Shown here: in pieces, positions 55,206-64,000 of the stretch
Layout of the letters: every line of letters begins with the position of its first letter
Position numbering within the stretch: position 1 is the first letter of the stretch
Assembly: GCA_963721815.1 (NCBI GenBank)
Contig: CAVRLO010000024.1
Span: forward strand, 806,475 to 870,474
Length of the DNA: 64,000 bases
Origin: an uncultured Candidatus Rokubacteria bacterium
GTDB taxonomy: Bacteria; Methylomirabilota; Methylomirabilia; Rokubacteriales; CSP1-6
Reading direction: 5' to 3'
Translations under genes and position numbers: made by a program
The notes under the pieces: generated by a model
Databases searched by the model: none
What the model was told of the DNA's origin: nothing
Seen by the model: the letters and a program-made list of their open reading frames with translations, nothing else

Positions 55206-55245
55206 CCGCTCGCCGCGTGCCTGTCCGTCCCGATGAGGAGCTGAC

Positions 55246-57319
55246 GTGGCCCTGAGGATCGGCGTCGACATCGGCGGCACGTTCACGGACCTGGTCGCGC
55301 TCGACGAGACCACGGGCACCGTGGTCACCAGCAAGGCCCTCAGCACCCCGCGCGAGCTCCTCGAGGGCGTCCTGCGCTGCGTGGATCAGGCCGGCGTGCG
55401 GCTGGCCGACTGCCGGTTCGTCATCCACGGCACCACCATTGGTATCAACGTGCTCCTCGAGCTGAAGGGGGCGCGCACCGGCCTCATCACCACCGAAGGG
55501 TTCCGGGACGTGCTCGAGATCGGGCGCGGCGACTTTCTGAAGATGTACGACGTGCTCTATCGACGGCCCGAGCCGCTGGTCCCGCGGGGCCGCTCTCGTG
55601 AGGTGCCGGAGCGGCTGACGGCGACGGGCGACGTGCTGGTGCCGCTCGACGAGGCCGCCGTCCGGGCGGCTGCCCGCGCGCTGCGGGCTGACGGCGTCGA
55701 GTCGGTGGCGATCGCATTCTTGTTCTCGTATCGCGATCCGGCGCACGAGCAACGGGCCGCTCAGCTCGTCGCGAGCGAGATGCCCGGCGTGTCGGTCTCG
55801 GCTTCACACCGCATCACGCAGGAATGGCGCGAGTACGAGCGGACGAGCACGACGGTCGTCAACGCGTACGTGCAACCGATCATGGACCGCTACCTGGGCG
55901 CGTTCGGCAAGGGGCTGGCCGGGCGAGGCTTTCAGGGGCAACTCCTCGTGACCCAGTCGAACGGCGGCGCGTTCTCGCTCGATGCCGCGCGCTCGAAGCC
56001 GGTGCACACGATCGAGTCGGGTCCCGCGGCCGGTGTGACGGGCAGCGCGAGCCTCTCGCGGGTTCTCGGCGTCGACCACTTGATCTCGTTCGACATGGGC
56101 GGCACCACCGCCAAGTGCGCGATCGTCGAGCACGGCCTGGTCCAGACCACCGCCGACTATCACGTCGACGGCCGACCATTGCGGATTCCGGTCATCGACA
56201 TCAAGGAGGTGAGCGCCGGGGGCGGGACGATCGCGTGGATCGACGCCGGCGGCGCCCTGGCGCTCGGTCCGCACAGCGCCGGCGCCGATCCCGGGCCCGT
56301 GTCGTACGCGCGCGGCGGTCACGAGCCGACCGTCACCGATGCGAACCTGGTGCTCGGCCGGATCGACGCGGCGCGCTTCCTCGGCGGCACGATGCCGCTC
56401 GATCTCGCCGGCGCGGTGCGCGCGGTCGACCGGAAGATCGGCGCGCCGCTGGGGCTCACGCGCGCCGCGGCGGCGGCCGGCGTCGTCAAGCTGGCCGACG
56501 TGAAGATGGCGCTCGCGGTGCAGAGCATCACCACCGAGCGCGGCCTCGATCCGAGGGACTACACCTTGCTCGCCTACGGCGGCGGCGGACCGCTGCACGC
56601 CGTCGCCATCGCGCGCGAGCTCGGTATCCCACGCGTGGTCGTGCCGTCCTCGCCATCGACCTTCTCCGCTTGGGGAATGCTCGCGACCGACCTCAGACAC
56701 GACCTGGTCCGCACCGTCCTGGTCCCGCTCGAGCAGGCCGACCGTGCGTGGGCGGAAGCGCGATACGAGGAGATGCGGCGCGAGATCGCGTCGATCCTGC
56801 CCGGCGCGGGCACCCCCGTCATGCACCGGGCCGTCGATCTGCGTTATCTCGGCCAGGAGCACACGGTGACGATCACGCTGGACACCCTCGACGACTGGGC
56901 CGAGCTCCGCGCGCGATTCGACGCGGCCCACACGCGCGCTTACGGCTACGCCGCACGCGACGTCGACGTCCAGCTCCTCAACCTCCGCCTCACCGTCGTC
57001 TTCCCCCTCGACCAACCGCGCCTGCCCACTCTGGATCGACGCGCCACCGGCACGCCACCGTTCGAGACGCGCAAGATCTACTCGGCCCTGGCTCGGCCGA
57101 CGACCATCGAGTATCGCGTCTATCAACGCGACAACCCTCAGGGCGGGCGACCAGCTCCAAGGTCCCGCCGCCATCGAAGAGCCCGGAACGACAACGATCA
57201 TCGACGCCGCCGACACACTTTCGATCGAAGACCACGGGTGCCTGGTGATTGACGTGGACGCAGCCGGAGCGATGGGGGGTGTCGGGGGGAGCGATGCTCG
57301 CTCCCCCCGACGTTCATGA
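55246..57319 (+). CDS. hyuA: hydantoinase/oxoprolinase family protein, A subunit type, one frame break near the 3' end
   Basis: The GTG at 55246 follows GAGGAG. The sequence includes RIGVDIGGTFTDLVALDE, ISFDMGGTTAKCAIV and LLAYGGGGPLHAVAIARELGI. After a shift near 57145 comes AGDQLQGPAAIEEPGTTTIIDAADTLSIEDHGCLVIDV. The stop overlaps the next start (ATGA). Confidence 0.85.
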
Positions 57320-59013
57320 CACCCGACGCCATCACGGTCCAGGTCATTCGCGCAGCGCTCAACGCCGCCGCACAGCGCATGCGCATCACCCTGATCAAAA
57401 CCGCGTACAACCACATCATCAGCGAGAGCCTGGACTTCGGCTGCGCGATCTTCGATCCCGACGTCCAGATGATCGCGCAGGGCATCGGCCTGCCGGTGTT
57501 CCAGGGCCACCTGGGGTTCCCCATCCAGGCGACGATCGCCGATCGCGGCATCGAGGCGTTTCGCGAGGGCGACGTCTTCATCCACAACGATCCCTACACC
57601 GGGAACGGCAACCATCTGAACGACGTCGCGATGACCGCCCCGGTGTTCTGGCAGGGGCAGCTCGCGGGCTTCGTGGCGGTGAAGGCTCACTGGACGGATG
57701 TCGGCGGACCCGTGCCGAGCTCGATGCAGGTGGGATCCACCGACTTCCGGCAAGAAGGCCTCCGCTTCCGATCCGTGCGGATCGTGAACCGGGGCGAGCT
57801 GAACGAAGAAGTGATGCGAATCATCGCCGGAAACATCCGCACCGAGAGCGGCACCTTGAAGGACATCCAGGCGATGCTCGCGGTGTGCCGCGCGGGCGAT
57901 CAGTTCTTCCGCGAGGTGCTCGCCAAGTATGGTCGCGAGGCGGTGCTGGAGTCGACGCGCGTCTACATGGCGCAGTCCGAGCGGCGCACGCGCGCGGCGC
58001 TCGCGCGCATCAAGGACGGCGTGTATCGGGCGGTCGGCCACTTCGACAACGACGGGATCGACCTCGACCGCCCGGTTCGCGTCGAGATGGCGATCACCGT
58101 CGGCGACGGGAGCATGATCGTCGACTTCGCGGGCTCCGACGCTCAGGTCAAGGGGCCGTTCAACTGTGGCGACGCGATCACGATCAGCGCCTGCCGGATG
58201 CTCATCAAGTGCCTCACGACACCGCTCGACCCGGTGGACGAGGGATGCTTCCGCCCGCTGCAGGTCGTGATTCCGCCGCGCTCGGTGCTGGCCGCCGAAG
58301 AGCCGGCGCCCACGGCCCGGTACTACGTGCCCGTCAACCTGCTGCTCGATCTGGGGCTCCGGGCCCTCGCGCCCGCGATGCCCGCCGACGTACCGGCGGG
58401 ATCGTACGGGGATCAGATGCCGACGATCGCGTTCGGCGCCCACCCCCAGACGGGCAAGCTCTTCATCCAGGGAGACCTGAACGCGGGCGGCACCGGGGGG
58501 CGGCCGACCTTCGACGGCGAGTCGGCGATGATCATCTTCGCGGGCTCCACGGCCCGGAACAATCCGGTCGAAGTCGTCGAATCGCGGCTGCCGACGATTC
58601 GCATCATGCGCTACGCGTTGCGCTGCGACTCGGGCGGAGCCGGGCGCCACCGGGGCGGGCTCGGCATCGAGCGCGACTATCACTTCCTGCAGCCGGCCTT
58701 CATCACGTTCAGCCTCGAGCGCAAGGCGACGCCGCCCTGGGGGCTCTGGGGCGGAAAGGACGGGGCCGTCAACGGCGTCGAGATCACGTCGCCGGACGGC
58801 TCGCGGCGCCACGTGCGCAAGGCGACCCAGCACCCGATCGCAGCCGGTGAGGTCGTACGCATCATGACCGGCGGGGGCGGAGGCTACGGCCCGCCGTCGG
58901 AGCGCGAGCCCGACGCCATCCGGCGCGACGTGCTCGAGGGCTACGTGTCTCGCGAGGCGGCCCGGCGAGACTATGGCGTGGAGGTCGCCGGACCGTCGGC
59001 CGAGCGGCGATGA
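57316..59013 (+). CDS. hyuB: hydantoinase B/oxoprolinase family protein
   Basis: Intact 565-aa ORF: DAITVQVIRAALNAAAQRMRITLIKTAYNHIISESLDFGCAIFDP...NDPYTGNGNHLNDV...GGGGYGPPSEREPDAIRRDVLEGYVSREAARRDYGV. Confidence 0.88.
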   Translation: MTPDAITVQVIRAALNAAAQRMRITLIKTAYNHIISESLDFGCAIFDPDVQMIAQGIGLPVFQGHLGFPIQATIADRGIEAFREGDVFIHNDPYTGNGNHLNDVAMTAPVFWQGQLAGFVAVKAHWTDVGGPVPSSMQVGSTDFRQEGLRFRSVRIVNRGELNEEVMRIIAGNIRTESGTLKDIQAMLAVCRAGDQFFREVLAKYGREAVLESTRVYMAQSERRTRAALARIKDGVYRAVGHFDNDGIDLDRPVRVEMAITVGDGSMIVDFAGSDAQVKGPFNCGDAITISACRMLIKCLTTPLDPVDEGCFRPLQVVIPPRSVLAAEEPAPTARYYVPVNLLLDLGLRALAPAMPADVPAGSYGDQMPTIAFGAHPQTGKLFIQGDLNAGGTGGRPTFDGESAMIIFAGSTARNNPVEVVESRLPTIRIMRYALRCDSGGAGRHRGGLGIERDYHFLQPAFITFSLERKATPPWGLWGGKDGAVNGVEITSPDGSRRHVRKATQHPIAAGEVVRIMTGGGGGYGPPSEREPDAIRRDVLEGYVSREAARRDYGVEVAGPSAERR

Positions 59014-59423
59014 GCCTCAAGGGAGTGGCGGTCGCGCTCGGAGCCTCGGTTCTGCTGGCGTTCGCTGTCGCCCACGCCCAGGACGCTACCGTCCAGAAGC
59101 TAGTTGGCCGCTGGGAGGGCCAGGTGGATGTTCGCGACGAACCCCAGCGGACCTTGATCATCAAGTCCATCCGCCTCCAGCGCGAACAGTGGTTCGCGAA
59201 TATCGACTACGGTCAGACCGGCACAAGCTTGAGCGCACTGGAGGCGCGGATCGAGCGGCAGGGCGAGAAGACGATCGTATCGTTCGGGTTGTCGACCACG
59301 CGGAAGGTCGAGCTCCAGCTGATCTCCGAGCGCGAGCTGCGGGGCTTGCTCAAGATCAGCGACAACGACGGCAGCTGGGTGGGCCGCAAGATGTCGTTGC
59401 AGAAGACCAGCGACAAGCCCTGA
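59010..59423 (+). CDS. small secreted hypothetical protein
   Basis: The 137-aa ORF has an ATGA overlap with hyuB. The signal peptide is MSLKGVAVALGASVLLAFAVAHAQD. The gene looks somewhat more AT-rich than its neighbours. I recognise no family. Confidence 0.55.
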   Translation: MSLKGVAVALGASVLLAFAVAHAQDATVQKLVGRWEGQVDVRDEPQRTLIIKSIRLQREQWFANIDYGQTGTSLSALEARIERQGEKTIVSFGLSTTRKVELQLISERELRGLLKISDNDGSWVGRKMSLQKTSDKP

Positions 59424-59452
59424 CGGCGGTGACCGGCTTCGGCGAAGCGGTG

Positions 59453-60707
59453 ATGGCCAAGCGTCTTACCGCGGTGCTGCTCGCGGTCATTCTCTCCGCG
59501 TGCGCGCCTCCGGCGCCGCGGTCGGATCCTGCTGGGCCCCGCTTCGCGCAGAGCGGCCCAGACGCGGATGAGCTGGGCGCCCGCGAGGGTTATCCGATCG
59601 GCGATCGTGCGACCTTCTTCCGCGTACCCTTCATCGTCGGTTCCCAGAGTCATCAGGACGAGATATTCCCGAGTCGGCTGGTCCGTGCGGGAACGCCATC
59701 GTCCCTCGCGAGGGCGGGGTCCGAGCCGGCGCTGCGCTACGACTACCAGGGACGGCACCTTCGTCCTCGACGACTATCTGGCACGCAACCCCGCGACCGG
59801 GCTCCTGGTCGCCCGCGACGACACGATCTTCGTCGAGCGCTACCAGTACGCGCGGACCGACCGCGATCGGTTCACCTCGTGGTCGATGGCCAAGACCGTC
59901 ACGTCGATGCTGATCGGCATCGCGATCGACGAAGGGCGCATCCGGTCGGTGGACGACCCCGCCGCGACCTACGTGCCCGCGCTCGCCGGTACCGAGTACG
60001 GGCGGACGTCGCTGCGGCACCTGCTGCAGATGTCGTCGGGCGTGCGCTTCGTCGAGGAATACCGGCCGGGCGACGACGTCTCGAAGCTGGCCAGCGACAC
60101 GTTCCGGCAGCTCGGGCCCGGCGGCGTCACCTCGGTGACCTCCTTCAACGAGCGCGCCGTCGCACCCGGCACCAAGTTCTCGTACGCGTCGGTCGAGACG
60201 GAGGTGCTGGGGCTCGTTCTGGTGTCGGCCGTCGGCGGCTCGATCTCCGAGTACCTGCAGGAGAAGATCTGGAAGCCGATCGGCGCCGAGGCCAACGCCT
60301 CCTGGATCATCGATCGCGCGGGCCAGGAAGTGACGTTCTGCTGCTTCAATGCGGTCCTGCGCGACTACGCACGGCTCGCCCTGCTGCTGGCCCACGACGG
60401 CAACTGGCGCGGGCGGCAGATCATCCCGGCGGCCTGGGTCCTGGAGGCGACCAGCGTTCGCGCCGACCAGCCGCACCTGCGCCCCCGCACCGCGACGCCC
60501 TTCTTCGGTTACGGCTACCAGACCTGGATCTTTCCTGGAGACCGGCGGATGTTCGCGCTTCTCGGCGTCCGCGGTCAGGCGATCTACGTCGATCCGGGGA
60601 GCCGGCTCGTGATGGTGACGACCGCGGCGCGCAAGCTCCCCGTCGACCCGGGCGTCGCGGAGGCCGGCGCCCTCTGGCGCGCCGTCACGCGCGATCTGGG
60701 CCGCTAG
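59453..60707 (+). CDS. serine hydrolase (beta-lactamase/transpeptidase-like) lipoprotein, one frame break
   Basis: The lipobox is MAKRLTAVLLAVILSAC. After a shift near 59750 comes DGTFVLDDYLARNPATGLLVARDDTIFVERY...FTSWSMAKTVTSMLIGIAI (SxxK)...FSYASVETEVLG...GYGYQTWIF...GQAIYVDP. Confidence 0.8.
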
Positions 60708-60711
60708 CGCG

Positions 60712-61809
60712 ATGGCGACGGCCTACCGCGCCGAGGTGATCGGCAGCCTGCTGCGCCCGACCTACCTGAAGGACGCGCGCCAGCGCCACGCCTCGCGATC
60801 GATCAGCGACGCCGAGCTCAAGCGTGCGGAGGACCGCGCCGTCGACGAGGCGGTGCGACTTCAGATCCGCGCGGGCGTGTCGGTGATCACCGACGGCGAG
60901 ATGCGGCGCTACGCGTACTTCGGACACTTCATCGACGCGATCGAGGGCTTCGACAAGTTCGGCGGCTGGGCGATTCCATTCCGGGACGCGCAGGGCAACG
61001 AGCTTCTCTTCCAGCGCCCCGTCGTGGTCTCGCGGCTCCGGCGCCGGCGCCATCTGTGCGCCGAGGAGTTCACCTATCTGCGGGCGCGCACCGAGCGTCC
61101 GACGAAGGCGACGTTGATCAGCGCCCTCAACACGACGTCGTACTACGACCCGGACAAGTCGACGGGCGCCTACCCGACACGGGACGCCTATCTGAGCGAC
61201 GCGGTAGACATCCTGCGCGGCGAAGTGGACGAGCTCGTGCGGCTGGGCTGCACCTACATCCAGATGGACGGGCCGCCCTACACGCTCTTGATGGATCCGG
61301 CCACCCGCGAGGGCTTCCGTCGCCGCGGGACGGACCCCGAGCGCCTCATCGATCTCGGCATCGAGATGGACAACGCCGTGATCGGCAACCATCCAGGGGT
61401 CACCTTCGCGCTCCACCTGTGCCGCGGCAACAACCAGAGCAAGTTCATCGGCAGCGGCGGCTACGATCCCATTGCGGCCAAGTTGTTCCGCGCGAGCCAC
61501 TTCGCGCGCTTCCTGCTGGAGTACGACGACGCCCGCTCCGGGAGCTTCGAGCCGCTGCGGAACGTGCCCGACGATCGCACGGTCGTGCTGGGGCTCATCA
61601 CGACCAAGCACGCCGCGCTGGAAAGCAGGGCAGATCTCGCGGGACGGATCCGCGAGGCGTCCGCCTTCGTGCCGCTCGAGCGGCTGGCACTGAGCCCACA
61701 GTGCGGCTTCGCGTCGACCCAGGAGGGCAACCTTCTGACACCGGCCGATCAGGACGCGAAGCTCGCGCTCGTCGCCGCGACCGCGCGCGAGGTCTGGGGC
61801 GGCTCGTGA
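60712..61809 (+). CDS. cobalamin-independent methionine synthase II (MetE C-terminal domain-like) family protein
   Basis: Intact 365-aa ORF: MATAYRAEVIGSLLRPTYLKDAR...VITDGEMRR...YIQMDGP...ALHLCRGN...ERLALSPQCGFAS. Confidence 0.75.
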   Translation: MATAYRAEVIGSLLRPTYLKDARQRHASRSISDAELKRAEDRAVDEAVRLQIRAGVSVITDGEMRRYAYFGHFIDAIEGFDKFGGWAIPFRDAQGNELLFQRPVVVSRLRRRRHLCAEEFTYLRARTERPTKATLISALNTTSYYDPDKSTGAYPTRDAYLSDAVDILRGEVDELVRLGCTYIQMDGPPYTLLMDPATREGFRRRGTDPERLIDLGIEMDNAVIGNHPGVTFALHLCRGNNQSKFIGSGGYDPIAAKLFRASHFARFLLEYDDARSGSFEPLRNVPDDRTVVLGLITTKHAALESRADLAGRIREASAFVPLERLALSPQCGFASTQEGNLLTPADQDAKLALVAATAREVWGGS

Positions 61810-61849
61810 AGGGCGACCGCGTATACTCGGGGCCCGGAGGCCAGGGCCA

Positions 61850-63043
61850 GTGAGCATCCGCGCGATCCGCTGCGGCACACTCTTCGACGGTGCTGGTGGC
61901 GCCCCGATCCGCGACGCGGTGGTCATCGTCGATGGCAACCGCATCACGGCCGTCGGACCGGCCGATCGCACGCCGCCGCCGCCGGGCGCCGCGACCCTCG
62001 ACCTCAGCAACCGGTTCGTGATGCCCGGGCTGATCGACTGCCACAGCCACGCCTCGATCGTGCCCGGCCTCGGCGATCAGCTGGGTCAGCTCTGTCGCGG
62101 TCCCGTGCCGCAGGCGCTCGCCGCGACGGCGAATCTACGAGCGGACCTCGCCGCCGGGACGACGACGATGCGGATCATGGGCGAGGAACACTTCCTCGAC
62201 ATCGAAGTCCGGGACGCCATCGAGGCCGGTGTGATCGCCGGTCCGCGCCTCCTGGTGGCGGGGCGCGGCCTTGCCGCCAACAACGGCCACGGCCGGGCGC
62301 TCGCCAGCTACGACGGCGTCGACGAGGTGCGCCGCGGCGCGCGCGAGAATCTCCGGCGCGGGGCGAATCACGTGAAGATCTTCGTCACCGGCGGCGTCAG
62401 CTCGCCCGGCGCGATGTCGACCTCGAGCGCGTACACGCGCGAGGAGATCCGGGCCGCCGTCGAAGAGGCGCACCGGGCCGGCACCTACGCAGCTGCCCAT
62501 GCGCACGGCGGCGCAGGCCTGCGGCTCGCGGTCGAAGAGGGAGTGGGCACGATCGAGCACGGCCTGCTGGCCGGCGACGAGGACGTCGCCCTGATGGTCG
62601 AGCGTCGCGTCTGGCTCATCTGTACGTTCTCGATCTTCATGCATCCGACCGGCATCGAGCAGGGCGACGGCCAGCGCCCGGCCATCATGGACAAGGTGCG
62701 CTGGGCCCGTCGCGTGGTCGACGAGACGTTCCCGCGCCATCTGGCCTCGGGCATCCGCTTCGCGTGCGGCACCGACAGCATGCACGGGCTGATGCCGATC
62801 GAGCTCGAGACGCTCGTGAGCTTCGGCGTGTCGCCGCGCGACGCCCTGCTGGCCGGTACGCGCTGGGGGGCCGAGGCTTGCCGGATCGACGACCAGATCG
62901 GGACCCTGGTGCCGGGCAAGCGCGCCGACCTGATCGCGATCGACGGCGATCCGCTGAAGGACATCCAGGCGATGCGGCGCGTAAGTCTGGTCATGAAGGA
63001 TGGAGTGCCCTACGAGGGAGTCTTCGGGAGGAATGGGCGATGA
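61850..63043 (+). CDS. amidohydrolase family protein (imidazolonepropionase/prolidase-like metal hydrolase)
   Basis: Intact 397-aa ORF with a GTG start. The sequence includes MPGLIDCHSHAS, HVKIFVTGG, AAHAHG, IEHG, CGTDS and PGKRADLIAIDGDPL. Confidence 0.8.
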   Translation: MSIRAIRCGTLFDGAGGAPIRDAVVIVDGNRITAVGPADRTPPPPGAATLDLSNRFVMPGLIDCHSHASIVPGLGDQLGQLCRGPVPQALAATANLRADLAAGTTTMRIMGEEHFLDIEVRDAIEAGVIAGPRLLVAGRGLAANNGHGRALASYDGVDEVRRGARENLRRGANHVKIFVTGGVSSPGAMSTSSAYTREEIRAAVEEAHRAGTYAAAHAHGGAGLRLAVEEGVGTIEHGLLAGDEDVALMVERRVWLICTFSIFMHPTGIEQGDGQRPAIMDKVRWARRVVDETFPRHLASGIRFACGTDSMHGLMPIELETLVSFGVSPRDALLAGTRWGAEACRIDDQIGTLVPGKRADLIAIDGDPLKDIQAMRRVSLVMKDGVPYEGVFGRNGR

Positions 63044-64000
63044 GCAGAGCGATCACGAGGCGTGAGTGGCTCCATCGGACGGGCGGGCTGGCGGTCGGCG
63101 CGGGGCTCGGCTCGCTCATCGGCGAGCAGGGCGTCAGGCCGGCGATGGCGCAGGGGCAACCCAAGCGGGGCGGCATGCTCCGCGTGGCCACCGTCGACAA
63201 GCCCGTGAACATGGATCCCGGCTACGCCCAGCTCTATTCGTCGCTCCAGGTTTATCAGAACGTTTACAACAAGCTCGTCTACGTGGACGAGACGGGCCAG
63301 TTCGTCCCCGGTCTGGCGAAATCCTGGAAGCAGGAAGACGACAAGACCTGGCTTTTCGACCTCGTCGACAACGCGGTGTTCCACAACGGCGAGCCGTTCA
63401 CGGCGAAGGACGTCGCTTTCACGTTCGCGCGCATCCTGGACGCGAAGAACAAGCTGCCGATGCGCATCTTCTTCACGCCGGTCGAGGGCGTGGAGGCGGT
63501 CGGACAGCATCAGGCGCGCTTCCACCTGAGCCGGCCCTGCGGCCCGCTCCTGGCCATGCTGTCCCAGGCCACCGAGATCGTGAACGAGAAGGCGCTCAAG
63601 GAGAAGGACCCCAAGCTCTTTCCGATCGGCACCGGGCCTTACCGCTTCGTCGAGTGGGTGAAGGACGATCACATCACGCTCGATCGCTGGGAGAAGTACC
63701 ATCGGCCCGGCCGTCCGTACCTCGATCGGATCATGTTCTACGCGCCCGCCGACGACACCGTGCGGCTCACCGGGCTACAGACCGGACGCTTCAACTGGAT
63801 CCAGACGGTTCCGCCGCAGCGCATCGGCGAGCTGGAGCGCTCGCGCGACATCAAGTCGTCGGCCGGCCGCCCGTACTTTCCGTTCTTCTTCATGCTCAAC
63901 GCGAGCAAGCCGCCGCTCGCCGACAAGCGCCTGCGCCAGGCGATTGCGTGGGCGCTCGACCGGACCGAGATCGTGAAGCTGGTCTACTACGGTAGCCACG
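63040..64000 (+). CDS. ABC transporter substrate-binding protein, family 5 (peptide/nickel type), Tat signal; 3' end beyond the window
   Basis: Absent from the ORF track because there is no stop in the window. The ATG at 63040 overlaps the upstream stop (ATGA). Manual translation gives MSRAITRREWLHRTGGLAVGAGLGSLIG...AQGQPKRGGMLRVATVDKPVNMDPGY...GTGPYRFVEWVKDDHITLDRWEKY..., in frame to position 64000. Confidence 0.8.
   Translation, partial: MSRAITRREWLHRTGGLAVGAGLGSLIGEQGVRPAMAQGQPKRGGMLRVATVDKPVNMDPGYAQLYSSLQVYQNVYNKLVYVDETGQFVPGLAKSWKQEDDKTWLFDLVDNAVFHNGEPFTAKDVAFTFARILDAKNKLPMRIFFTPVEGVEAVGQHQARFHLSRPCGPLLAMLSQATEIVNEKALKEKDPKLFPIGTGPYRFVEWVKDDHITLDRWEKYHRPGRPYLDRIMFYAPADDTVRLTGLQTGRFNWIQTVPPQRIGELERSRDIKSSAGRPYFPFFFMLNASKPPLADKRLRQAIAWALDRTEIVKLVYYGSH

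Noticed and set aside
55804-58833. A 1009-aa ORF on the minus strand, the longest ORF in the track.
   Set aside because: It lies antisense to the clearly recognisable hyuA and hyuB genes. Its translation is Arg/Gly/Asp/His/Pro-rich with no recognisable domain. This is a typical shadow ORF of high-GC DNA.
60685-62010. A 441-aa minus-strand ORF, with similar long antisense ORFs at 17729-18853 and 38046-38834.
   Set aside because: These ORFs lie opposite the MetE-like, CoxL-like and ABC exporter genes respectively. All have shadow-ORF composition and lack motifs.
1-64000. A search for CRISPR arrays, rRNA, tRNA or tmRNA genes.
   Set aside because: I saw no regularly spaced direct repeats and no cloverleaf-compatible segment in any intergenic region. 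The intergenic regions are short. This was visual inspection only, so tRNAscan/Infernal should confirm.

Overview
High-GC (about 65-70% by eye) bacterial chromosomal segment with roughly 60 protein-coding genes or gene remnants. I found no rRNA, tRNA or CRISPR array. The backbone looks like a soil heterotroph: LLM-type oxidoreductases, several amidohydrolases, a hydantoinase A/B pair, a thiolase/DUF35 pair, a tannase-like esterase, a CoxL-like molybdoenzyme, and sugar and peptide ABC binding proteins with Tat signals. A taxon cannot be assigned from this sequence alone. Three things stand out. (1) 21.7-32.5 kb is an island flanked by mobile-element debris. It carries a fully intact seven-gene minus-strand operon: AcpS-like PPTase, carrier protein, acyl-CoA-dehydrogenase-like protein, aminoacyl-tRNA-synthetase-like amino acid:[carrier protein] ligase, DUF1839, a GH2-like glycosidase, and a fused pair of exosortase-A-type hydrolases. 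An intact IS481-family element with a CCTAGA target duplication sits just upstream, followed by an excisionase-like HTH gene. This is my best candidate for an undescribed system. (2) 4.8-17.4 kb is a sulfation/glycosylation cluster. It holds cysD plus a fused cysN/cysC (PAPS synthesis), a PAPS-type sulfotransferase, a membrane-anchored ASST-like beta-propeller, a GT-C-like polytopic membrane protein, a methyltransferase-GT2 fusion, another methyltransferase and small membrane proteins. It is interleaved with gene remnants. (3) The sequence carries about 50 apparent single-base frameshifts by my manual count, distributed very unevenly. There are 16 or more in 42.6-46.1 kb and none in the 7.9-kb operon. 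At least four genes also have large internal or terminal deletions. Whether this is assembly error or real gene decay cannot be decided from the sequence. All product calls rest on my own reading of the translations and recognition of motifs. No database search was run.
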